Source: Candidatus Doudnabacteria bacterium
GTDB taxonomy: Bacteria; Patescibacteriota; Doudnabacteria; UBA920
Length of the DNA stretch: 64,000 nucleotides
Reading direction: 5' to 3'
Assembly: GCA_963768175.1 (NCBI GenBank)
Contig: CAVYGQ010000001.1
Coordinates: forward strand, 638,305-702,304
Below are positions 29,625-39,569 of the stretch, in pieces; position 1 is the first letter of the stretch, and every line of letters starts with the position of its first letter. The notes under the pieces are model-generated. The model had not been told where the DNA came from. It did not search any database and worked only from the letters and a program-made list of their open reading frames with translations. The translations under genes and the position numbers were made by a program.

Positions 29625-30575
29625 TTACAAAATCCAGTTAAACAGATAACCTGTGAACATAATGCCGAGTCCTACAATACCGGCAAAAATTAAGATGAGT
29701 TTGACTTTCATTACCTTCTTTAAAATCATAAACTCTGGCAGGGACAGGGCGGTAACTGACATCATAAAGGCCAGAGCGGTTCCCATGCTAACACCTTTTT
29801 CCGTCAAAACGCCGACTAAGGGAATAACGCCCGCGGCATTGGAATAAAGCGGGATACCCACCAGTACGGCCAAAGGCACGGCATACCAGCTGCCCCTGCC
29901 CGCGTATCGGGCTAACAGGTCAGTGGGAATATAGCCGTGGATAAAGGCTCCGATGCCTATACCAATTATAATATATAACCAAACTTTCTTTACAATGTCC
30001 CTGGTATAGCCCAAAGCGTAATCTATGCGATTCTGCCAGTCCATTTGCGGCAAGGCTGTTTGTTGTCCCTGCCCTGCCTGGAGCACGAATGGTTCAAGCA
30101 GGCTTTCAACGTTCATTTTGCCGATCACAATGCCGGACAGGATTGATATAACAAGACCGCTGAAAATGTAAATTAAGGCTATCTTCCAGCCAAACAAACC
30201 AAACAGTAATACTAAAGCAACCTCGTTAATCATCGGCGAAGCCACCAGAAAAGAAAAGGTTACTCCAAGCGGCACCCCGGCCTGGACAAAGCCCAGGAAT
30301 AATGGAACGGCGCTACAGGAACAAAAGGGGGTAATAATGCCCAGCAGCGAGGCCAGCACGTTGCCGGTATATTTTCCTTTGCCGGAAAGGATAAAGCGGA
30401 TCTTCTCCGGCGGTAGGAACGAGCGGATAATGGAAACGGCAAAGACAATCACCGTCAGTAGCAGTAATATTTTGACGGTATCGTAAATGAAAAAGTTGAC
30501 TGTACCGCCAAGTTTGGAATGTTGGTTTAAGTGAAATAAGCTAAAAGTCAGCCAGTCAATGAATTTGGAAAGCAT
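29625..30575 (-). CDS. arsP: ArsP-family (DUF318) permease
   Basis: TPFCSCSAVPLF, SPMINE, ALSLPE; in an operon with arsR. Confidence 0.88.
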   Translation of the reverse strand: MLSKFIDWLTFSLFHLNQHSKLGGTVNFFIYDTVKILLLLTVIVFAVSIIRSFLPPEKIRFILSGKGKYTGNVLASLLGIITPFCSCSAVPLFLGFVQAGVPLGVTFSFLVASPMINEVALVLLFGLFGWKIALIYIFSGLVISILSGIVIGKMNVESLLEPFVLQAGQGQQTALPQMDWQNRIDYALGYTRDIVKKVWLYIIIGIGIGAFIHGYIPTDLLARYAGRGSWYAVPLAVLVGIPLYSNAAGVIPLVGVLTEKGVSMGTALAFMMSVTALSLPEFMILKKVMKVKLILIFAGIVGLGIMFTGYLFNWIL

Positions 30576-30581
30576 ATTATT

Positions 30582-30836
30582 TTAAAGATTTTTACTGATG
30601 GCTTTTTTGATTTCTTCCACATTTGGCACGTAACCCACCAGGGCGACTTTGCCGTTTACGGTCAACACCGGACTGGACATAAGGCCCAGTTTTAAGATCT
30701 CATGCATGTCGGTTATATAGCCGACTTCGCCGCCAAGCCCCATCTCCTTTGCCGCGGTCTTGGTTATTTCCAAAAGTCTCTTGCAAGTGGGACAGCCCGC
30801 GCCTAAAACCTGCAACTTTGGTGCGTTATTCTCCAT
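30582..30836 (-). CDS. Small redox-active disulfide (thioredoxin-family) protein
   Basis: VLGAGCPTC...MSSPVLTVNG. Confidence 0.88.
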   Translation of the reverse strand: MENNAPKLQVLGAGCPTCKRLLEITKTAAKEMGLGGEVGYITDMHEILKLGLMSSPVLTVNGKVALVGYVPNVEEIKKAISKNL

Positions 30837-31143
30837 AGGATCGTAAGAAGTTATTTAAAAGCAGATTAAACTTACCCATTCCTTTTTTATTGATGGAATA
30901 GAGAACATTCAGGCCTTCCTTGCGGGAGTTAAGTAGACCAGCGTCCTTGAGTACTTTAAGATGGTGGGAAGCCAGGTTCTGGGGAAGGCCGACATCCTGC
31001 CAGATGTCGCAGACGCAGCGTTCTCCCTTCTTAAGGATACAGAGAATCTTCAGGCGGTTGTCCTCGGCAATTACCTTTAAAAGGCCAGCTGTCTGGCCAA
31101 CTTGGCTTAGAATTTTATTGTCTATACAGCACTTGGGCTTCAT
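30826..31143 (-). CDS. arsR: ArsR/SmtB metalloregulator
   Basis: RLKIL..L...ERCVCDI, SHHLKVLKDAGL. Confidence 0.9.
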   Translation of the reverse strand: MKPKCCIDNKILSQVGQTAGLLKVIAEDNRLKILCILKKGERCVCDIWQDVGLPQNLASHHLKVLKDAGLLNSRKEGLNVLYSINKKGMGKFNLLLNNFLRSYGE

Positions 31144-31216
31144 ACTATATCAATTTATATTGATATAGTAGCAAAAAATTAAAAAGGTTGCAAGCAACCG
31201 CAACCTTTCCTATATG

Positions 31217-31882
31217 TTATATTTTATAGCCCCGTCCGGAGACTGTTTCTATCAATTTATTTTTCCCGTTTATGCTAATTTTGCGGCGTAAGCTCAAAAT
31301 ATGGGACTCAATGGTTTTGGAAAAAGGGTCGGCCTCGTTATCCCAAACGTGCTCGTTTATCATGCCGCGGGAGAGCACGTCTCCCTTGTAATGCATGAGG
31401 AGTTCAAGGAGCATAAACTCTTTTCTGGTTAAATGGATTTCCTTGCCGCCCCTGGCCACGACGTGGGTTTTTGTATTAAGTTTCAAATCATCTACGGAAA
31501 GAACTTCGGCTTCAATTTTATTCGGCCGACGGAGCAAAGCCCTAATGCGGGCCATTAACTCCTTGAATGAAAAAGGCTTGTTTAAATAATCATCAGCTCC
31601 GCCATCCAGAAGTTTAACCTTCAAATCAGTTTCCGACTCAATGGACAATATTAACACCGGAACGGTTTTGCCTTTGGCTCTGATGTCGGCTAAAACTTCC
31701 TGCCCATTCTTTTTTGGCAGGGACACGTCCAGGATTATCAAATCATAATCGTTACTGCGCGCCATAGAAGATCCTTCCTCTCCATCAGTCGCGACGTCCA
31801 CGGCAAAGAGCTCGGTCTCCAGACCGTTTTTAAGAACTTTTGATATGGACTCATCATCTTCTACCAGTAAAATTTTCATCAA
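31217..31882 (-). CDS. OmpR/PhoB-family response regulator
   Basis: ILLVEDD, IILDVSLP, GADDYLNKPF, C-terminal ETVSGRGY. Confidence 0.93.
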   Translation of the reverse strand: MMKILLVEDDESISKVLKNGLETELFAVDVATDGEEGSSMARSNDYDLIILDVSLPKKNGQEVLADIRAKGKTVPVLILSIESETDLKVKLLDGGADDYLNKPFSFKELMARIRALLRRPNKIEAEVLSVDDLKLNTKTHVVARGGKEIHLTRKEFMLLELLMHYKGDVLSRGMINEHVWDNEADPFSKTIESHILSLRRKISINGKNKLIETVSGRGYKI

Positions 31883-32357
31883 AAAAATATCCCTTCAGTT
31901 AAATTTTAACACAAAGCATCGCTTTTCACAATCTTTTATGGCTTATGTAAAGAAAAAACTTTGAAAAAATTTTACCAAATCTTTGACGAAAATTTAACAG
32001 CCCTGGTTTATAATGGAATCGGAAACAAAAAGAAAAATTCGCCTCTGCCGGCTTAAAGGCTTATAGGCGAATTTTTAAGTTATCCACTTCACCGCGTTTG
32101 ACTTCTTCCAGACGCCGCTCTAATGTAAGGTGAAATGTAAGGTTAAAACCGCATTATTACCTTGAAAACTTAAAGCTTACATCCGTTGCCCGCAAGGGTC
32201 ACCCATCAGGGTTGAGACAAACGACGGCTTTGTAGTATAATGGTGGCTGTGAGAGCTTCATGGCTCTTTCCACGCCCTATGTCCGCCGCAAGGCGGGCGC
32301 AGGAACGTACTCAAAACCTCCCGTTGATTTGTCTCGGCGGCGAGGTTTTGTGATTTT

Positions 32358-33455
32358 ATGGATCCAATTCAGACACATCATTATTTCAGACAAATCAGCC
32401 AGGAATTTCTGGTGTATTGCCAGTTTGGAAAAGAAACGCCGGTCGCTAAAACAACCCTGATAGGCTACGGGCGCGGGATGAAGTTGATGAATAAAATATT
32501 TGGCGACAAGCCGATAGAAGAACTGGATAGCAACGATGTACTACTTTTGAGAAAATCCATTTTGGAACGCGGCTGTACTTTAAGCTATCTGCATAGAATC
32601 CTGAGCATGCTTCGCTCCGTCCTCCGCTATTGCCGCGAAGAAAGGGATATGGAAATATTGCCACCGGAAAAAATCAAACTGCCTAAAATAAAATGGCGGG
32701 ACGTGGAGTTCTACAGCGTCAGCCAGGTGGAAAAAATTATTTCCGAGATTCAGACCATGACGATCCACGGCATCCGTCTGATGGCGGTAGTGGCCGGTTT
32801 CCTGGACAGCGGCATGCGCATCTCGGAGCTTCTTTCCCTGGACCGCGCCAGCATAGATTACGGGGACGGCAGCGCTTACATAATTGGCAAAGGCGGCAAA
32901 CAAAGGAAAGTCTTTTTCAGATCATGGTCAATGGACTGGATGCAAAAATATCTGGCACAGCGAACTGACAATAATCCAGCGATGTTCGTGGTTCACCACG
33001 CAGGCTACGAGTTAGTCAGATTAAGGCCGGAAGACGTCCGGAAAATGCTGCGGAGGATATCCAAAACCGTGGGCTTTGGGATAAGACCGCATGCCTTAAG
33101 AAGAACTTTTGCCACCCTCCTGCACGGCAATGGCGTGGACATAAGGTTTCTACAAGCCCTGCTTGGCCATTCTTCGGTACAGGTAACGGAGCGTTACGTA
33201 GGCGTCGACCAAGTCATGCTTAAGGCAATGGTTAACACCAGAATGAACTACGGCCTGGCTGAAGCGGTCACATCCAACCTGGCAGCTATCCGCTGGGCCA
33301 AGGGATATGATCAGTGCATAGAGTGTGGACAAACCAGGCGGCCCCACCTTGCCAGAGGCTATTGCGACAGCTGCTACATGAACGCTAGGAACCATCAGGA
33401 GCTCAATAAACACGGGGTTTTGACGCTACAGGGAGTTGCGTTACAGCCAGCCTAA
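32358..33455 (+). CDS. int: Tyrosine integrase, probably the element's integrase, with a C-terminal Cys-rich extension
   Basis: SGMRISEL, GKGGKQR, HALRRTFAT, LLGHSSVQVTERY; CIEC...H...CDSC tail; about 450 bp from attR. Confidence 0.92.
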   Translation: MDPIQTHHYFRQISQEFLVYCQFGKETPVAKTTLIGYGRGMKLMNKIFGDKPIEELDSNDVLLLRKSILERGCTLSYLHRILSMLRSVLRYCREERDMEILPPEKIKLPKIKWRDVEFYSVSQVEKIISEIQTMTIHGIRLMAVVAGFLDSGMRISELLSLDRASIDYGDGSAYIIGKGGKQRKVFFRSWSMDWMQKYLAQRTDNNPAMFVVHHAGYELVRLRPEDVRKMLRRISKTVGFGIRPHALRRTFATLLHGNGVDIRFLQALLGHSSVQVTERYVGVDQVMLKAMVNTRMNYGLAEAVTSNLAAIRWAKGYDQCIECGQTRRPHLARGYCDSCYMNARNHQELNKHGVLTLQGVALQPA

Positions 33456-33497
33456 AATAAAACTTGCAATATTCGGGACTTGGCGTATAATAGGTTT

Positions 33498-33752
33498 ATG
33501 AACTACCCAAAGGAAATCAGAAACAAGGCTATAGTAATCCTTAGAAAACTTGATCCGGAAACCTACAAATACAAGATACTGGGCGAACTAATGCCAGCCA
33601 AAATAGGCTCAGAATACAGGCCTATGCACCCCTCTACTGTTGAGGAAATCTACAAACGCGACATGGATAAGTACGACTTATTACCGACTTCCAAAGCCCT
33701 AAAACAGGCCGATAAAGACATGGCTAGGGCAGGACGAAAGGCAAGACAGTAG
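33498..33752 (+). CDS. Hypothetical small basic protein
   Basis: ORF downstream of a TTGCAA-17 bp-TATAAT-like promoter. Confidence 0.55.
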   Translation: MNYPKEIRNKAIVILRKLDPETYKYKILGELMPAKIGSEYRPMHPSTVEEIYKRDMDKYDLLPTSKALKQADKDMARAGRKARQ

Positions 33753-33910
33753 AATAATTTTCTGGAGTTGAAAGAAAATAACGCTTGACTTTTTTCGGGA
33801 GTTGGAATAAGATGACCTTGTAAGCTGTTTAACAACAAAAGTTTGAATAAGTTTTAACAGACTTTTACTTATCAGATTCATTGGGTTTTTATGGCAGATG
33901 TTCCAGAGTC

Positions 33911-33931
33911 CGATCCCCGCCGGACCCACCA
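33911..33931 (+). other. attR: 7-bp core plus displaced 3' end of the host tRNA-Lys
   Basis: CGATCCC-CGCCGGACCCACCA pairs with the 16482 acceptor (GGGTCTG) and T stem (GCGGG), not with the 16585 tRNA. Confidence 0.9.
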
Positions 33932-33967
33932 AAATTAAAAGTCCAAGATGCTTGGACTTTTAATTTT
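33932..33967 (+). terminator. Original host tRNA terminator
   Basis: AAATTAAAAGTCCAAG-atg-CTTGGACTTTTAATTT. Confidence 0.7.
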
Positions 33968-34131
33968 GTCCCGACCTATTCGACTTCGCTCAAGGTCGCC
34001 CTGAGTTTTTGCCGAATGGGCGAGCGAGTTCTGCGCAGCAGAACGAGTCGAGGGGCATTTAAACTTCTAAAATTAAACTTTGGGCACTTTTTAAGATAGT
34101 GCTATAATTAAGGCAATTAACATAAACTCCA

Positions 34132-34482
34132 ATGAAAAAAATTTTGCTATTAGTGTCAGTTATCGCCCTTTTAGCCGCCGGATGCGGCTCGTCCCAACCG
34201 GCTCCGGCCAGCCAGCAGCCAACTAAAGTCCCGGCAAACAGTACAGGCAACTACGGCAGTTCGGCCCCAACACAAACGGCAAATCCTGCCGGCTCAACCT
34301 GGCAAGGCACATTGGAACTATCCGATAACGCCGCCAGCGGAAACTACACAATTATGGTAAGCGGACATAAAATCTATTTAAAAACCAACCGCGACTACAG
34401 CAGCCTTGTAGGCAAGCAGGTTAACGTAAGCTACACCGGCAGCCTGACAAGTTTCGTGCTTAATGATATAACGGCACAATAA
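34132..34482 (+). CDS. Lipoprotein-like hypothetical protein
   Basis: MKK-hydrophobic-LAAGC lipobox. Confidence 0.75.
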   Translation: MKKILLLVSVIALLAAGCGSSQPAPASQQPTKVPANSTGNYGSSAPTQTANPAGSTWQGTLELSDNAASGNYTIMVSGHKIYLKTNRDYSSLVGKQVNVSYTGSLTSFVLNDITAQ

Positions 34483-34630
34483 ACTCGAAATTCTAATATC
34501 GAAATACGAAACAATATCTAAATTCAAATACTTAATATTGAAGCGGGGACGGCCTGAGTTTTGAATTTATAATTTAGATATTTAAATTTGTTTTGAATTT
34601 CGGGCTTCGTGTTTCGAATTTTTTTTATTT

Positions 34631-35584
34631 ATGCTTTTAGAAACTTTCGATAAATTTAACGACTTTGAATTACTTGACAGCGGCTTGGGGTACCGTCTGG
34701 AACGTTGGGGAAATGCCGTGCTGCAAAGGCCGGACCCGCAAATTATTTGGCAACGCTCCCTGCCTAACAAAGAATGGGAAAAAGCTGCTGCGATATTCAG
34801 CTCACCCTCAGGCAGCGACAAAGGCCGATGGGAAGTCCAAAAACCCCTTCCCAACCCTTGGATTATAAAATTTAGGGATGTTAACTTTCTGCTTAAGCTC
34901 TCCCCCTTTAAGCACACGGGGCTATTTGCCGAACAAGCGGCGCAATGGGAATGGATGTTGACTAGAATTTCGAATTCTGAATCTGGAATGTCTAATGGAA
35001 ACAAAATTCAAAATTCTAAATTCAAAATTCTAAATTTATTTGCCTACACCGGCGGAGCAACCATGGTTTTAGTCAAAGCCGGATGCCAGGTAACGCATGT
35101 GGATGCCAGCAAACCCGCCATTACCTGGGCCAATGAAAACTATAAATTGAATTTTGGAAACCAATCTCCGCCCCTCGACTATGCTCGGAGCGAACATTTC
35201 CCTAAGGGAAATGTTCGCTGGATTTTGGACGATGCGGCTAAATTTGTAAAGCGCGAGTTAAAAAGAGGCGCAAAATATGACGGCATAATAATGGATCCGC
35301 CGGCCTTTGGCCACTCCCCTACGGGCAAAACCTGGAAATTTAATGATGATTTGCCCGGATTGCTTGCCGATTGCGTCCAACTATTATCGGCTGGCGCAAA
35401 ATTCCTGGTTGTCAACGGCTACGCCACCAACTCTTCGGCTCTGGCGCTGAACAATTTATTGGAAGACGCCGTAAAATCCAACCCAGGATCCGCCAGCTGG
35501 CGGATTGAATTTGGGGAACTGTGCTTAAAACAAAAAAATAACCAACTCATTTCAACCGGCATATTTGCGCGCTGGTCTAACTAA
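34631..35584 (+). CDS. Class I SAM-dependent methyltransferase (RlmI/K-like)
   Basis: LNLFAYTGG, THVDAS, IIMDPPAFG. Confidence 0.9.
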   Translation: MLLETFDKFNDFELLDSGLGYRLERWGNAVLQRPDPQIIWQRSLPNKEWEKAAAIFSSPSGSDKGRWEVQKPLPNPWIIKFRDVNFLLKLSPFKHTGLFAEQAAQWEWMLTRISNSESGMSNGNKIQNSKFKILNLFAYTGGATMVLVKAGCQVTHVDASKPAITWANENYKLNFGNQSPPLDYARSEHFPKGNVRWILDDAAKFVKRELKRGAKYDGIIMDPPAFGHSPTGKTWKFNDDLPGLLADCVQLLSAGAKFLVVNGYATNSSALALNNLLEDAVKSNPGSASWRIEFGELCLKQKNNQLISTGIFARWSN

Positions 35585-35747
35585 CTTTGGCGTCGGCTAT
35601 AATTCGGCTATAATATAGACAAAGGGACTCTTTGCGCAGCGCAAAGAGTCCCTTTGTTGCTTTCTAAAATCCGGCCCCGACCCGCATAGCGGCGTCGGCG
35701 CAGGCCGAATGATCTCCACCGGAATTTTTAGCAGATGGTCAAAATAA

Positions 35748-36137
35748 TCAATCCCGTTTGTTTGGCTCAAGATACTCCTGTACTTTTTTATAAAGATCAT
35801 CCAAAGTCATACTGCCTTTAACTAGATACTCTTTTATGCCCTGGCTTAAAAGCATTTGCTTAAGTTCCGGTTTGTCCAAATTTGTCAGCACCAGAATGGG
35901 AACATTTTGTAAATGCTTATGGCTTTTTATGTAATCCAGAATTCCGGTGGAGCCGTCTTCTTTTGTCAGCAGCAAATCCAATATGACAATTTCCGGGGTT
36001 ACTTTTGCCAAAATCTCCTTGGCTTGTTCGGGGGTTGCGGCGGTATAAACCTCGGTTTCCCAGGTGGCAAAACGTTCTTTTAAAGTATTTAAAATCAGCT
36101 GGTCATCATCTACCATTAAAATTGTATGTTTGAGCAT
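35748..36137 (-). CDS. Single-domain response regulator (receiver)
   Basis: ILMVDDD, VILDLLL, VLTN, YLVK. Confidence 0.88.
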   Translation of the reverse strand: MLKHTILMVDDDQLILNTLKERFATWETEVYTAATPEQAKEILAKVTPEIVILDLLLTKEDGSTGILDYIKSHKHLQNVPILVLTNLDKPELKQMLLSQGIKEYLVKGSMTLDDLYKKVQEYLEPNKRD

Positions 36138-36140
36138 AGG

Positions 36141-36695
36141 TTAGACCTCCGTCGGGTCGGCAATTGAGCGGCCCAAAATTATTAAATAAAGCAAAGGCAA
36201 AATAAGCCAAATAAAATTAGCGGTAGTGGAAATAAATATCAGGCTAATAAGCGGGGAAAATGTCCCAGGACTAGGCGACCAATAACCTAAAATGGTGTTA
36301 ATCAACAGGCCGATTTGTAAAATCGCGAAGGCGAGCGTAAAAATAATGGAGCCAAAATGCCGGCCGTCAGCCGAGGTGCGAAAGGCGTAGCGCGAAAGCA
36401 GCACAAATAAAATTATAAAGATGATAAGGAAACTTACCAGTTGCTGCAGGCCGGAAAGCCCGCTGGGCAGCTGTTGATGGATTGCGGATGTCAGCCATGG
36501 CGCTTGCAGAACCAAAAGCTTGGTAATATACAAACTCATCAGCAGGGCAATAATTCTTCCCCGTCCGGCGGCAAAAGCGTAAAAAACCGAAGCTATAGCC
36601 CAAAACAAAAAAATAAACAAATCCCAGCTGGGGCTGTGCCAATTAAAATTATGCACTAAAATATTGGCTTGATTTATATCTATGCCGGCAAGCAT
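36141..36695 (-). CDS. Hypothetical membrane protein
   Basis: About 5 hydrophobic segments. Confidence 0.75.
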   Translation of the reverse strand: MLAGIDINQANILVHNFNWHSPSWDLFIFLFWAIASVFYAFAAGRGRIIALLMSLYITKLLVLQAPWLTSAIHQQLPSGLSGLQQLVSFLIIFIILFVLLSRYAFRTSADGRHFGSIIFTLAFAILQIGLLINTILGYWSPSPGTFSPLISLIFISTTANFIWLILPLLYLIILGRSIADPTEV

Positions 36696-36974
36696 TATCT
36701 TGAAGTTTTTTGTTTCAAAAGCAACACTCTTTATTACCTTCCCCCTCTGGGGGAAGGTGTCACCCGCAGGGTGACGGATGAGGGTTTAAAATTGCTATTC
36801 TTCTTATATTATAGCACAAAATCACTTTGCCATCAAAAAAAAGGACTGTCCTTTAACCAGAGAATTTTTAGACAAAGGACTTTCCTTACTTTTATTCTTC
36901 ATCAAATCCATCGCGCGGATCGATATTTCCCGCTCGCTCAACAAACTGCCCAAAGGACAGTCCTTTTCCTGGTA

Positions 36975-38168
36975 CTAAAAACTGCCTTTGATATTCTCCC
37001 ACAAACTTTCATCAACATTTACCGCTTCACCGCGCTCGGAAGCGAGCTGTTTTAGGAGTTCTTTTTCTTTTTTGGAAAGTCTTTGCGGCACGACAACGCG
37101 CACGGTGACCAAAAGATCGCCGCGGCGGGAGGGCTCGTTTATATGTGGCACGCCCTTGCCTTTAACTTTTAAGACTGTGCCGCTTTGGATACCGGACGGA
37201 ATTTTAAGTTCTATGTTGCCATCCAGAGTTTTTAAAATAATTTTTGCACCCAAAGCCGCTTGGGTAAAACTTACCGGCAATTCTTTAAGCAAAGTAGAGC
37301 CGTCGCGTCCAAACTCTTTGGAGGGCGAAACTTTAACCACTAAATATAAATCCCCGTGGCTACTGCCGCGGTAGCCGGCCTCGCCCTCGCCGGCAATCCG
37401 CACGCGCTGGCCGTTGTCTATACCGGCGGGGATTTTTACCATAATGGTTTTTTCCTGGCGCAACACGCCGTTGCCTCTACAAGTTGCACAGGGCACTTCG
37501 GGTATTTTGCCCATACCCTGGCAGCGGTCGCAACTGACAGAAGAAGCCACGGTGCCAAAAATGGTGCGCCGCTGCTGACGGATTTGCCCCTGGCCGTGGC
37601 ATTGGGGACAAGTAATAACTTTGCTTCCCGGAGCCGCGCCGTTGCCTCCGCAGGTTTTACAGGCATCTTGTTTTTCCAAAGTCAGAGTTTTTTCCACACC
37701 GAAAACCGCTTGCTCAAAGGTGATGTTGATGCCCATTTCCAAATCTATGCCGCGCATACGCCGGCTTTGTCTTTCGGCGGAACGGCTGCCGAACATGTCG
37801 CCAAAAATATCTCCCAAGTCTCCGCCGAAGGCGGATCCGCCTTCGGCGGAAAACCCACCAAAATCAAAACCGCCAAAATCAAACCCCCCAAAAGGATTCC
37901 CGCCATAGGCGGGTCCGCCTCCGGCGGAAAAACCTCCGCCGCCATTTCTGGCGGCGTCTTCAAAAGTCTGGCCGTACTGGTCGTACTGCTGGCGTTTTTG
38001 CGAATCCGAAAGCACCTGATAAGCCTGGTTGACTTCCTTAAATTTATCCGCGTTGCCGCTGCCTTTGTCGGGGTGGTATTCGTGCGCCTTTCTGCGGAAA
38101 GCCTTTTTTATTTCATCAGCCGAAGCGGACTTTGGGATTCCTAAAATGTCGTAGTAGTCTTTAGCCAT
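36975..38168 (-). CDS. dnaJ: Chaperone DnaJ
   Basis: J domain with HPD, G/F-rich region, four CxxCxGxG repeats. Confidence 0.97.
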   Translation of the reverse strand: MAKDYYDILGIPKSASADEIKKAFRRKAHEYHPDKGSGNADKFKEVNQAYQVLSDSQKRQQYDQYGQTFEDAARNGGGGFSAGGGPAYGGNPFGGFDFGGFDFGGFSAEGGSAFGGDLGDIFGDMFGSRSAERQSRRMRGIDLEMGINITFEQAVFGVEKTLTLEKQDACKTCGGNGAAPGSKVITCPQCHGQGQIRQQRRTIFGTVASSVSCDRCQGMGKIPEVPCATCRGNGVLRQEKTIMVKIPAGIDNGQRVRIAGEGEAGYRGSSHGDLYLVVKVSPSKEFGRDGSTLLKELPVSFTQAALGAKIILKTLDGNIELKIPSGIQSGTVLKVKGKGVPHINEPSRRGDLLVTVRVVVPQRLSKKEKELLKQLASERGEAVNVDESLWENIKGSF

Positions 38169-38252
38169 AAATCATTTAAACATACAAACATTTAAACATA
38201 TAAGCAATTCCAGCATGTTTAAATGCTTAGATGCTTCCATGTTTAAATGACC

Positions 38253-38552
38253 TTACTCTGTCCTAAACCCAATTTTGTGTTCCGGCTGGTCGGAGGATTT
38301 TATCGCGCCGTATTGTTGCTCAAAACTTTTTAAATTATCCTGCATGGCCGCAACCACGCGCTTCATATGAGAAGGCGACAGGATTACGCGCGCCGAAACA
38401 ATACCCGAAGGCGGAAATATATTCATAAAATCCAAGACAAATTCTTCCGGCCCGTGGCCAACCTGAACCATATTGGCATAAACACCTCTTAAGACGTCAT
38501 CGGGGATTTTAACTTGTATCTGTTGCCCTTGTGGGGCTTGTTCTTGAGCCAT
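38253..38552 (-). CDS. DUF3467-family protein
   Basis: GVYAN...EEFVLDF...ARVILSP.HMK. Confidence 0.8.
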   Translation of the reverse strand: MAQEQAPQGQQIQVKIPDDVLRGVYANMVQVGHGPEEFVLDFMNIFPPSGIVSARVILSPSHMKRVVAAMQDNLKSFEQQYGAIKSSDQPEHKIGFRTE

Positions 38553-38646
38553 AAATTTTCCAAAAGCTTCTACGAAATACTAAATAAACGAAATACGAAA
38601 AATGCAGATTTGGTATTTAGTGACTTTCATATTTCGTAGAAATTAA

Positions 38647-39390
38647 TTATTGTAAGCTCGCTTTAATATTATTTATCTCATTAACTTCCGCCGGGCAAAA
38701 ATCCTGCGGCTCAAGGCGGCCAAAGCTCTCCAAAGGCTGGCCGTTAAGTCCGGCATGTAGGTTCATAATACAAGAAGTGTCGGTCCCCTGCTCGGGTAAG
38801 CCAATTTGATTGCCAAACTCATGAAGCAAGTCGGAAAGCAAATAATTATCCAAGTCTTGCGAATAGCTTGCCAAAAACTGCCGGTTGGCGTTTAAAGAAA
38901 CTACTATGGCTGTTTCACCGTGGGTGGTGGAAAGCTCCCCGCTGCCTTTCGGCTGATAATCGGTGGCAAATACCGCATAGATGACGCTTGATCCGGAAGG
39001 CGGGGACGATGCCTTAAAGGCTAAATTATTTACTGTGGCTAGTGGAATTACACCTTCCGAAACGGCAGCGCCAAAAATCACCTCAGTCGGCCTGCCGGTG
39101 TATTTGCCGGCCAAATCCGCAAATTTCTGAAGCACTGTACTGTCTACATTTTCGCTAACCGGCTGGAACCATTCAATAACCAAAGGTGAGGTGCCTTCCA
39201 AATATTCTGCCCTGGCATCGCCTTTATTGTGGAGGCCGAGCAATGTCCTTATAACAGGATGCCTGGCCAACACAAAACGCGTAGTCTGGTTAAAATGGCT
39301 GTTTGGGTCGCCACCGGCTTCCAGCTTCAAGTAAATGAAGACCCCGAGAAACAAAACCAAAACAATCAGGAAGATGGCTTTGAGAGACAT
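38647..39390 (-). CDS. Membrane-anchored metzincin-like protein with a degenerate zinc motif
   Basis: N-terminal TM; LHEFGNQIGL...SCIM. Confidence 0.55.
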   Translation of the reverse strand: MSLKAIFLIVLVLFLGVFIYLKLEAGGDPNSHFNQTTRFVLARHPVIRTLLGLHNKGDARAEYLEGTSPLVIEWFQPVSENVDSTVLQKFADLAGKYTGRPTEVIFGAAVSEGVIPLATVNNLAFKASSPPSGSSVIYAVFATDYQPKGSGELSTTHGETAIVVSLNANRQFLASYSQDLDNYLLSDLLHEFGNQIGLPEQGTDTSCIMNLHAGLNGQPLESFGRLEPQDFCPAEVNEINNIKASLQ

Positions 39391-39569
39391 AAGAAGTAAT
39401 GAGCAAAAATGACAAAAATGAGCAAAAATGAGCAAAAACGGCAGGCTGCTGCCGTCCCGAACGAAGTGAGGGATCCCTCTCTCGGCTGCACTCGCTCGGG
39501 ATGACAACTATATTATAAACAGTCGTTTGTCATTTATGTCAATTTTGTCGTTTTTTTAATTTTTATCAT

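Larger units (their letters stand above)
16537..33917. mobile_element. ~17.4 kb tyrosine-recombinase integrative element in tRNA-Lys
   Basis: CGATCCC direct repeat at 16537-16543 and 33911-33917; tRNA halves outside; imperfect inverted arms inside both ends; integrase near the right end. Confidence 0.9.

Noticed and set aside
16537-33917. Complete prophage or conjugative element
   Set aside because: No terminase, capsid, tail, relaxase or T4SS genes recognised.
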